Of a DNA stretch of 64,000 nucleotides, positions 56,009 through 64,000 are shown one piece after another (the first letter of the stretch is position 1; each line of letters starts with the position of its first letter). The stretch lies in the sequence record PZ179882.1; one strand, written 5' to 3'. Below the pieces are notes generated by a model. That model made no database searches. It saw nothing but the letters and a program-made list of their open reading frames with translations, and was not told the origin of the DNA. This DNA comes from a phage. A program made the position numbers and the translations under genes.

Positions 56009-59000
56009 ATGGCCGAGATTAAAAGAAAGTTCAGAGCAGAAGATGGTCTGGACGCAGGTGGCGATAAAATAATCAACGTAGCTTTAGCTGATCGTACCGT
56101 AGGAACTGACGGTGTCAACGTTGATTACTTAATTCAAGAAAACACAGTTCAACAATATGATCCAACTCGTGGATATTTAAAAGATTTTGTAATCATTTAT
56201 AATAATCGTTTTTGGGCAGCAACGGATAATATTCCAAAACCTGCTGGAAGTTTTAATAGAATTCGTTGGAAAGCATTACGTACTGATGCCGTATATACAA
56301 CCGTATCATCTGGACCATATCAATTAAAATCCGGAGAAGCAATTTCAGTAGATACATCAGTTGGTAATGACATTGAGTTTAATTTACCACCTTCTCCGCT
56401 TGATGGAGAGACCGTAATAATTCAAGATATTGGTGGAAAACCTGGTATAAATCAGGTTAAAATAAATTCTTCAAATCAGAGTATTGTTAATTTTAGAGGT
56501 GAACAGGTACGTTCAGTTCTAATGACTCATCCAAAGTCACAAATGATATTCATTTTTAATAATCGTTTGTGGCAAATGTATGTTGCTGATTATAGCAGAG
56601 AAGCTGCGATTGTTACTCCATCGACTGCATATCAAGCACAATCTAATGATTTTATTGTGCGTAGATTTACTTCCGCTGCGCCGATTAATATTAAACTTCC
56701 GAGATTTGCTAATCATGGCGATATTATTAATTTCGTTGATTTAGATAAATTAAATCCACTTTATCATACAATTGTCACGACATATGATGAAACAACTTCA
56801 GTACAAGAAGTTGGAACTCATTCTATTGAAGGCCGTACATCGATTGACGGTTTCTTGATGTTTGATGATAATGAAAAATTATGGAGATTGTTTGACGGGG
56901 ATAGTAAAGCACGTTTACGCATTATAACAACTAATTCTAATATTCGTCCAAATGAAGAAGTTATGGTATTTGGTGCGAATAACGGAACAGCCCAAACAAT
57001 TGAACTTCAACTTCCAACCGATATTTCCATTGGTGATACTGTTAAAATTTCCATGAATTACATGAGAAAAGGACAAACAGTTAAAATCAAAGCTGCCGGT
57101 GAAGATAAAATTGCTTCTTCAGTTCAATTGCTGCAATTCCCAAAACGTTCAGAATATCCACCTGAAGCTGAATGGGTGACTGTTCAAGAATTAGTTTTTA
57201 ACGGCGAAACCAATTATGTTCCAGTTTTACAACTTGCTTATATAGAAGATTCTGACGGAAAATACTGGGTTGTACAACAAAACGTTCCAACGGTTGAAAG
57301 AGTCGATTCTTTAAATAATTCTACTAGAGCAAGATTAGGCGTAATTGCTTTAGCTACACAAGCTCAAGCTAACGTCGATTTAGAAAATTCTCCACAAAAA
57401 GAATTAGCAATTACACCAGAAACATTAGCTAACCGTACTGCTACAGAAACTCGTAGAGGTATCGCAAGAATAGCAACTACTGCTCAAGTGAATCAGAACA
57501 CCACATTCTCTTTTGCTGATGACCTTATCATCACTCCTAAAAAGCTGAATGAAAGAACTGCTACAGAAACTCGTAGAGGTGTCGCTGAAATTGCTACGCA
57601 GCAAGAAACTAATACAGGTACTGATGATACTACAATCATCACTCCTAAAAAGCTTCAAGCTCGTCAAGGTTCTGAATCATTATCTGGTATTGTAACCTTT
57701 GTATCTACTGCAGGAGCTACTCCAGCTTCTAGTCGTGAATTAAATGGTACAAATGTTTATAATAAAAACACTAATAATTTAGTTGTTTCGCCTAAAGCTT
57801 TGGATCAGTATAAAGCTACTCCAACGCAACAAGGTGCAGTAATTTTAGCAGTTGAAAGTGAAGTAATTGCTGGACAAAGCCAAGAAGGATGGGCAAATGC
57901 GGTTGTAACGCCAGAAACGTTACATAAAAAGACATCAACTGATGCAAGAATTGGTTTAATTGAAATTGCTACACAAAGTGAAGTTAATACAGGAACTGAT
58001 TATACTCGTGCAGTCACTCCGAAAACTTTAAATGACCGTAGAGCAACTGAAAGTTTAAGTGGTATAGCTGAAATTGCTACGCAAGTTGAATTCGACGCAG
58101 GCGTCGACGATACTCGTATCTCTACACCATTAAAAATTAAAACCAGATTTAATAGTACTGATCGTACTTCTGTTGTTGCTCTATCTGGATTAGTTGAATC
58201 AGGAACTCTCTGGGACCATTATACCCTTAATATTCTTGAAGCAAATGAGACACAGCGTGGTACACTTCGTGTAGCTACACAAGTTGAAGCTGCTGCAGGA
58301 ACATTGGATAATGTTCTAATAACTCCTAAAAAGCTTTTAGGTACTAAATCTACTGAAGCACAGGAAGGCGTTATTAAAGTTGCAACTCGGTCTGAAACTG
58401 TAGCTGGAACGTCAGCAAATACTGCTGTATCCCCAAAAAATTTAAAATGGATTGTGCAGAGTGAACCAACTTGGGCAGCTACTACCCTGGTAAGAGGTTT
58501 TGTTAAAACTTCATCTGGTTCAATTACATTCGTTGGTAATGATACAGTTGGTTCTACGCAGGACTTAGAACTATATGAGAAAAATAACTATGCAGTATCA
58601 CCATATGAATTAAACCGCGTATTAGCAAATTATTTGCCGTTAAAAGCAAAAGCTGTAGATAGTAATTTATTAGATGGTTTAGATTCACTCCAGTTCATTC
58701 GTAGGGATATTGCGCAGACGGTTAATGGTTCACTAACCTTAACACAGCAAACGAATCTGAGTGCCCCTCTTGTATCATCTAGTACTGCTACATTTGGTGG
58801 ATCAGTTTCAGCAAATAGTACATTAACTATTTCTAATACTGGAACGGCAACTCGTCTGATTTTTGAGAAAGGACCTCAAACTGGAACAAACCCGGCTCAA
58901 ACGATGACAGTCAGAGTGTGGGGAAATCAATTTAGTGGGGAGTCAGACACAACACGTTCTACTGTATTTGAAGTTAGTGATGAAACTTCTAGTCATTTTT

Positions 59001-59878
59001 ATTCTCAGCGTAATAAAGCTGGTAATATAACATTTAATATCAACGGTACAGTAACACCGATAAATGTGAATGCTTCAGGAACATTGAATGCGAATGGCGT
59101 TGCAACATTTGGTAATTCAGTCACTGCAACTGGTGAAATTATTTCTCGAAGCGCAAATGCTTTCCGTGCTATTAATGGAAATTACGGTTTCATTATTCGT
59201 AATGACGGGTCAGTAACGAATTTTATGCTTACTGCATCAGGCAATCAAACTGGTGGATTTAATGGATTGCGTCCATTGTCCATTAATAATCAATCTGGGC
59301 AGGTCACAATTGGTGAAAGCTTGATCATTGCTAAAGGTGCTACTATAAATTCAGGTGGTTTAACTGTTAACTCGAGAATTCGTTCTCAAGGTGTTAAAAC
59401 ATCTGATTTATATACCCGTGCGCCGACATCTGATACTGTAGGATTCTGGTCAATCGATATTAATGATTCAGCCACTTATAACCAGTTCCCGGGTTATTTT
59501 AAAATGGTTGAAAAAACTAATGAAGTTACTGGACTTCCATACTTAGAACGTGGCGAAGAAGTTAAATCTCCTGGTACATTGACTCAGTTTGGTAACACAC
59601 TTGATTCACTTTACCAAGATTGGATTACTTATCCAACGACTCCAGAAGCACGTACCACTCGCTGGACACGTACATGGCAAAAAACTAAAAACTCTTGGTC
59701 AAGTTTTGTTCAGGTATTTGACGGAGGTAACCCTCCTCAACCTTCAGATATAGGAGCGATCCCATCTGATAATGGAATAATAGGTAATCTTACTATTCGT
59801 GATTTCTTACGAATTGGTAATGTTCGCATTATTCCTGACCCAGTGAATAAAACTGTTAAATTTGAATGGGTTGAATAA
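56009..59878 (+). CDS. 34: Long tail fiber proximal subunit
   Basis: 1289-aa ORF with internal repeats (TETRRGIARIAT..., TETRRGVAEIAT...); T4 gp34 length. Confidence 0.95.
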   Translation: MAEIKRKFRAEDGLDAGGDKIINVALADRTVGTDGVNVDYLIQENTVQQYDPTRGYLKDFVIIYNNRFWAATDNIPKPAGSFNRIRWKALRTDAVYTTVSSGPYQLKSGEAISVDTSVGNDIEFNLPPSPLDGETVIIQDIGGKPGINQVKINSSNQSIVNFRGEQVRSVLMTHPKSQMIFIFNNRLWQMYVADYSREAAIVTPSTAYQAQSNDFIVRRFTSAAPINIKLPRFANHGDIINFVDLDKLNPLYHTIVTTYDETTSVQEVGTHSIEGRTSIDGFLMFDDNEKLWRLFDGDSKARLRIITTNSNIRPNEEVMVFGANNGTAQTIELQLPTDISIGDTVKISMNYMRKGQTVKIKAAGEDKIASSVQLLQFPKRSEYPPEAEWVTVQELVFNGETNYVPVLQLAYIEDSDGKYWVVQQNVPTVERVDSLNNSTRARLGVIALATQAQANVDLENSPQKELAITPETLANRTATETRRGIARIATTAQVNQNTTFSFADDLIITPKKLNERTATETRRGVAEIATQQETNTGTDDTTIITPKKLQARQGSESLSGIVTFVSTAGATPASSRELNGTNVYNKNTNNLVVSPKALDQYKATPTQQGAVILAVESEVIAGQSQEGWANAVVTPETLHKKTSTDARIGLIEIATQSEVNTGTDYTRAVTPKTLNDRRATESLSGIAEIATQVEFDAGVDDTRISTPLKIKTRFNSTDRTSVVALSGLVESGTLWDHYTLNILEANETQRGTLRVATQVEAAAGTLDNVLITPKKLLGTKSTEAQEGVIKVATRSETVAGTSANTAVSPKNLKWIVQSEPTWAATTLVRGFVKTSSGSITFVGNDTVGSTQDLELYEKNNYAVSPYELNRVLANYLPLKAKAVDSNLLDGLDSLQFIRRDIAQTVNGSLTLTQQTNLSAPLVSSSTATFGGSVSANSTLTISNTGTATRLIFEKGPQTGTNPAQTMTVRVWGNQFSGESDTTRSTVFEVSDETSSHFYSQRNKAGNITFNINGTVTPINVNASGTLNANGVATFGNSVTATGEIISRSANAFRAINGNYGFIIRNDGSVTNFMLTASGNQTGGFNGLRPLSINNQSGQVTIGESLIIAKGATINSGGLTVNSRIRSQGVKTSDLYTRAPTSDTVGFWSIDINDSATYNQFPGYFKMVEKTNEVTGLPYLERGEEVKSPGTLTQFGNTLDSLYQDWITYPTTPEARTTRWTRTWQKTKNSWSSFVQVFDGGNPPQPSDIGAIPSDNGIIGNLTIRDFLRIGNVRIIPDPVNKTVKFEWVE

Positions 59879-59886
59879 GAGGTATT

Positions 59887-61002
59887 ATGGAAAAATTTAT
59901 GGCAGAGTTTGGACAAGGATATGTCCAAACGCCATTTTTATCGGAAAGCAATTCAGTAAGATATAAAATAAGCATAGCGGGCTCTTGCCCGCTTTCTACT
60001 GCAGGGCCATATGTTAAATTTCAGGATAATCCCGTTGGAAATCAAACATTTAGTGCAGGTCTTCATTTAAGAGTTTTTGACCCTTCTACGGGAGCATTAG
60101 TTGATAGTAAGTCATATGCTTTTTCTGCTTCAAACAATACAACATCTGCCGCTTTTGTCAGTTTTATGAATTCTTTGTCAAACAATAGACTTGTTGCTAT
60201 ATTAACTAGCGGAAAGGTTAATTTTCCTCCTGAAGTGGTATCTTGGTTAAGGGGAGCAGGAACTTCAGTTTTTCCATCAGATTCAGTATTGTCAAGATTT
60301 GACGTATCATATGCTGCTTTTTATACTTCTTCTAAAAGAGCTATTGCATTAGAGCATGTTAAACTAAGTAATAGAAAAAGCACAGATGATTATCAAACTA
60401 TTTTAGATGTTGTATTTGATAGTTTAGAAGACGTCGGAGCTACGGGATTTCCTAAAAGAACATATGAAAGTGTCGAGCAATTTATGTCAGCGGTTGGTGG
60501 AACTAACAACGAAATTGCGCGATTGCCAACTTCAGCTGCTATAAGTAAACTATCTGATTATAATTTAATTCCTGGTGATGTTCTTTATCTTAAAGCACAG
60601 TTATATGCTGATGCTGATTTACTTGATCTTGGAACTACAAATATATCTATCCGTTTTTATAATGCATCAAATGGATATATTTCTTCAACACAGGCTGAGT
60701 TTACTGGGCAAGCTGGATCTTGGGAATTAAAGGAAGATTATGTAGTTGTTCCTGAAAATGCAGTCGGATTTACTATATATGCGCAGAGAACTGCTCAAGC
60801 TGGTCAAGGCGGAATGAGGAATTTAAGCTTTTCTGAAGTATCAAGAAATGGCGGCATTTCAAAACCTGCCGAATTTGGCGTCAACGGTATTCGTGTTAAT
60901 TATGTCTGTGAATCGGCTTCACCTCCAGATATAATGGTACTTCCTACACAAGCCTCTTCTAAAACTGGCAAAGTGTTTGGGCAAGAATTTAGAGAAGTTT
61001 AA
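59887..61002 (+). CDS. 35: Long tail fiber hinge connector
   Basis: 371-aa ORF; T4 gp35 position and length. Confidence 0.9.
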   Translation: MEKFMAEFGQGYVQTPFLSESNSVRYKISIAGSCPLSTAGPYVKFQDNPVGNQTFSAGLHLRVFDPSTGALVDSKSYAFSASNNTTSAAFVSFMNSLSNNRLVAILTSGKVNFPPEVVSWLRGAGTSVFPSDSVLSRFDVSYAAFYTSSKRAIALEHVKLSNRKSTDDYQTILDVVFDSLEDVGATGFPKRTYESVEQFMSAVGGTNNEIARLPTSAAISKLSDYNLIPGDVLYLKAQLYADADLLDLGTTNISIRFYNASNGYISSTQAEFTGQAGSWELKEDYVVVPENAVGFTIYAQRTAQAGQGGMRNLSFSEVSRNGGISKPAEFGVNGIRVNYVCESASPPDIMVLPTQASSKTGKVFGQEFREV

Positions 61003-61005
61003 ACT

Positions 61006-61032
61006 GAGGGAGCCTTCGGGTTCCCTTTTTCT
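61006..61032 (+). terminator. Hairpin terminator after gene 35
   Basis: GGGAGCC-TTCG-GGTTCCC followed by TTTTTCTTT. Confidence 0.55.
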
Positions 61033-61033
61033 T

Positions 61034-61041
61034 TATAAATA
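61034..61041 (+). promoter_or_regulatory. Late promoter TATAAATA upstream of gene 36
   Basis: Exact TATAAATA 24 nt upstream of ATG 61065. Confidence 0.6.
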
Positions 61042-61064
61042 ATATTAAAATAAAGGGGCATATA

Positions 61065-61715
61065 ATGGCTGATTTAAAAGTAGGTTCAACTGTGGGTGGA
61101 TCTGTCATTTGGCATCAAGGAAATTTTCCATTGAATTCAGCCGGTGACGATGTACTCTACAAATCATTTAAAATATATTCAGAATATAATAAACCACAGG
61201 CAGCTGATAACGATTTCGTTTCTAAAGCTAATGGTGGTACTTACACCGGTCCAATTACTATTAATTACGGGGTAAATAGTTATCTTCAATTAAGTAATAA
61301 TGAAACCCCCATTCGAATTCGTTCTGGTGGCGGTACCGGCAATACTCTTGTAGTTGGCGGCTCTTCTGGCGGTATTAGTTTTAGACCTGCAGGTAGTGAA
61401 ATCACTACTGGACAAATTACTATTACGCCAGAAGGTTTGACAACATTTACCAGGGCTGTAACGGCTCCATCTGTAACTGTTACATCTACTCCTTCAGCAG
61501 CATCTGATGTTACTCGTAAAGATTATGTCGATGGAGCAATAAATACTGTTACGGCAAATGCGAATTCTAGAGTTTTGCGTAAAGGTGACACCATGACAGG
61601 TAATTTAACAGCGCCAAACTTTTTCTCGCAGAATCCTGCATCTCAACCCTCGCATGTTCCACGATTTGACCAAATCGTAATTAAGGATTCTGTTCAAGAT
61701 TTCGGCTATTATTAA
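61065..61715 (+). CDS. 36: Long tail fiber distal connector
   Basis: 216-aa ORF; T4 gp36 position. Confidence 0.9.
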   Translation: MADLKVGSTVGGSVIWHQGNFPLNSAGDDVLYKSFKIYSEYNKPQAADNDFVSKANGGTYTGPITINYGVNSYLQLSNNETPIRIRSGGGTGNTLVVGGSSGGISFRPAGSEITTGQITITPEGLTTFTRAVTAPSVTVTSTPSAASDVTRKDYVDGAINTVTANANSRVLRKGDTMTGNLTAPNFFSQNPASQPSHVPRFDQIVIKDSVQDFGYY

Positions 61716-61723
61716 GAGGACTT

Positions 61724-64000
61724 ATGGCTACTTTAAAACAAATACAATTTAAAAGAAGCAAAACCGCAGGTCAACTTCCTGCTGCTTCAGTATTAGCCGA
61801 AGGTGAATTGGCTATTAATTTAAAAGATAAAACAATTTTCACAAAAGATGACTCAGGCAATGTTATAGAATTAGGTTTAAAATATGGAGGAACAATTGAT
61901 GGTTCTTTAACTGTTAATGGAAATATAATTGGAAATTTAACAGGTAACGCTGCAACTGCAACGAAATTAAAAACAGCACGAAAAATTAATGGTATATCAT
62001 TTGATGGGTCAAAAGATATCACGCTAACTCCATCTGACATAAATGTCAATAGCACAACGTTTATAAAAAATAACGGCGAATTACCGGTTGATGCTAATTT
62101 AGATGAGTATGGGCCTGTTGAAGAATATCTTGGGGTTTGGTCGAAATCTACTTCAACAAATGCGCAACCGGCAAATAAATTCCCAGAAGAAAATGCCGTA
62201 GGTGTACTAGAAGTATTTGTGGCCGGTCAATTTGCTGGTACTCAGAGATATACTGTAAGATCTGGTAACGTATATGTTCGATCTTTGTCTGCTAAATGGA
62301 ACGGTGTTAACGGTCCGTGGGGAGTTTGGCGTAATGTTCAAGCGTCAACTCGTCCACTTTCACAAACGATTGACCTTGATAGTTTGGGAGAATTAGAACA
62401 TTGCGGCTTATGGCGAAATAGTTCAAGTGCTATTGCATCGTTTGATCGCCATTATCCAGAAGAAGGATCAGCCGCACAAGGATTTTTAGAAATATTTGAA
62501 GGTGGTTTATACGCGAGAACTCAGCGTTATACAACTAGATCTGGTGTTGTTTATACTCGCTGTCTTGCTGCTGCATGGGATGCATCTGCGCCTAAATGGG
62601 GACCGTGGCAACAAGTCGGTAATGTCACACCAGCGACTTTCTATGACGGAAACCTGAATGATTTTAAAACTCCTGGGTTATATAATATTTTAGGCACTGA
62701 TGCCGTTATTAATTGTCCTACAGGCGAAGGTTTACCAGCCGTTATTGTTGGTTTGCTGGAAGTTAAACAGCGTGCTTCTGGTGGTGCTATTTTCCAAAAA
62801 TTTACTACTGCCGGAACGGGAACTACTACCCGTGGTCGTATTTTTGAGCGTGCATATACTGGTGGTGCGTGGGGTACATGGAACGAAGTATATACATCTT
62901 ACTCTCTGCCAATTACTTTGGGTATGGGCGAGCGTGCAATTGAACTTACTTCTATGGATTGGCAACAACAAGAATTTCTTTCTGGTGGGATCTATAGCGT
63001 CGGTGCTAAGGATATGACAAACACGCCAAGTGGGATGACCTTTGCTGATGTTGCTGTTTATATCTCCGTTATTGGTCGTTCTGGTAGTGCTTTAGAATTA
63101 AGCGTAATACCACGCACGTCAAATGATAAAAACTATCATTGTTATAATGTTAGGAGTACTGGTGCTAAAGGATCTCGAACGTTTTATGTAAGGAAGTTTG
63201 CAACCACGTCTACCCAACACACATGGACAGCACAGCAAGATTTTAATGGCGCAGTTAACTTCGGTGCTCCTACCAATTTTAACTCTACTGTTAACCTTAA
63301 TAACACTACCACTTTTAAAACAGAAGTTAAATTTCGCTCATCTAATGCATTCCGTATGTATGGCAGAAAATTTGGTACAATTTTCCGTAATGATGGAGAG
63401 AGTCTTTATATTCTTTCTACCGACGAAGATGACCAAGATGGAAACTTTAATACAAATAGACCTTTCCGTTATGAATTAAGAACTGGCGATGTTACTTTAG
63501 GTGGTGCTAGTGGTGCTAACGTTTTAAAATTAGAACGTAGTTCGCTTGCTGCCACCTTTGGTGGTGATGTTAACTTAAATAAAGGTACACTGACGTTTGA
63601 AGCTGGTCGCTTAAACTCCCGCGATTATTTTAAATTTAACCATTGGGGTGATAGTAATAATGCTCGTGATAACATCATCCAGTTAGAAGATAGTCAAGGC
63701 GCCCATTTTTCCACTGAACGTACTTTAGCGACAGGTGCAATTAAAACTCGTTTCTTTGGCGAAACATTCACTGATGGTACATTATACCTAAATCAGATGA
63801 ATAATAGCTCTGAACGATTCTCTATTAATAATTGGGGAAATTCAGAAGTTGGTCGCGCGGCAGTGATGGAAGTCAGTGATTCCAAAGGTTATCACTTCCA
63901 TACGGAACGCAGGACAGATAACAGTTTGAATTTTGATGTTGCTGGCAATTTTACTGCGCATGGACCTTCCGGAATAACCATCAAAAACTCAACTGGTGCA
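61724..64000 (+). CDS. 37: Long tail fiber distal subunit, 5' partial (runs off window end)
   Basis: ATG 61724 with AAGAGGA RBS; open frame to the window end (759 codons, no stop); N-terminus [20 protein letters not shown]; absent from ORF track because no stop lies in the window. Confidence 0.9.
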   Translation, partial: MATLKQIQFKRSKTAGQLPAASVLAEGELAINLKDKTIFTKDDSGNVIELGLKYGGTIDGSLTVNGNIIGNLTGNAATATKLKTARKINGISFDGSKDITLTPSDINVNSTTFIKNNGELPVDANLDEYGPVEEYLGVWSKSTSTNAQPANKFPEENAVGVLEVFVAGQFAGTQRYTVRSGNVYVRSLSAKWNGVNGPWGVWRNVQASTRPLSQTIDLDSLGELEHCGLWRNSSSAIASFDRHYPEEGSAAQGFLEIFEGGLYARTQRYTTRSGVVYTRCLAAAWDASAPKWGPWQQVGNVTPATFYDGNLNDFKTPGLYNILGTDAVINCPTGEGLPAVIVGLLEVKQRASGGAIFQKFTTAGTGTTTRGRIFERAYTGGAWGTWNEVYTSYSLPITLGMGERAIELTSMDWQQQEFLSGGIYSVGAKDMTNTPSGMTFADVAVYISVIGRSGSALELSVIPRTSNDKNYHCYNVRSTGAKGSRTFYVRKFATTSTQHTWTAQQDFNGAVNFGAPTNFNSTVNLNNTTTFKTEVKFRSSNAFRMYGRKFGTIFRNDGESLYILSTDEDDQDGNFNTNRPFRYELRTGDVTLGGASGANVLKLERSSLAATFGGDVNLNKGTLTFEAGRLNSRDYFKFNHWGDSNNARDNIIQLEDSQGAHFSTERTLATGAIKTRFFGETFTDGTLYLNQMNNSSERFSINNWGNSEVGRAAVMEVSDSKGYHFHTERRTDNSLNFDVAGNFTAHGPSGITIKNSTGA

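Noticed and set aside
62700-63479. Plus-strand ORFs 62700..63017 and 63198..63479, and minus ORF 62732..62971
   Set aside because: Alternative-frame or antisense ORFs inside the continuous gene 37 reading frame, which the track omits because it has no stop in the window

Overview
This window is a near-complete block of a T4-like (T-even, Tequatrovirus-type) lytic phage genome, collinear with the T4 region from gene 17 to gene 37. Plus strand, 1-11.8 kb: terminase large subunit, tail sheath, tail tube, portal, prohead core proteins, prohead protease, scaffold, major capsid and vertex proteins (17, 18, 19, 20, 67, 68, 21, 22, 23, 24). Mixed strands, 11.9-27 kb: rnlB, hoc, inh, a GIY-YIG endonuclease, uvsW, uvsW.1, uvsY, and baseplate genes 25, 26, 51, 27, 28, 29, 48, 54. 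Minus strand, 27-56 kb: the early/middle block with alt, DNA ligase (30), 30.x genes, rIII, 31, cd, pseT, spanins, alc, rnlA, denA, nrdB, nrdA, td (split by a group I intron carrying I-TevI), frd, 32, 59, 33, dsbA and rnh. Plus strand, 56-64 kb: long tail fiber genes 34, 35, 36 and the 5' part of 37. T4-type late promoters (TATAAATA), early promoters (GTTTAC -35) and GC-rich tetraloop hairpin terminators are visible throughout. No tRNA, rRNA, CRISPR or integrase was seen. Comparison with T4 is from memory, not a database search. The most notable differences from T4 as I recall it are: two HNH endonuclease genes inserted at 18/19 and at uvsW/uvsW.1, a tandem pair of alt ADP-ribosyltransferase paralogs, a Hoc with a duplicated Ig-like domain, a 68-aa ORF at the frd/td junction, and absence of the nrdB intron, mobE and segG. 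I did not find a clearly novel multi-gene system; these accessory insertions are the best candidates for follow-up.
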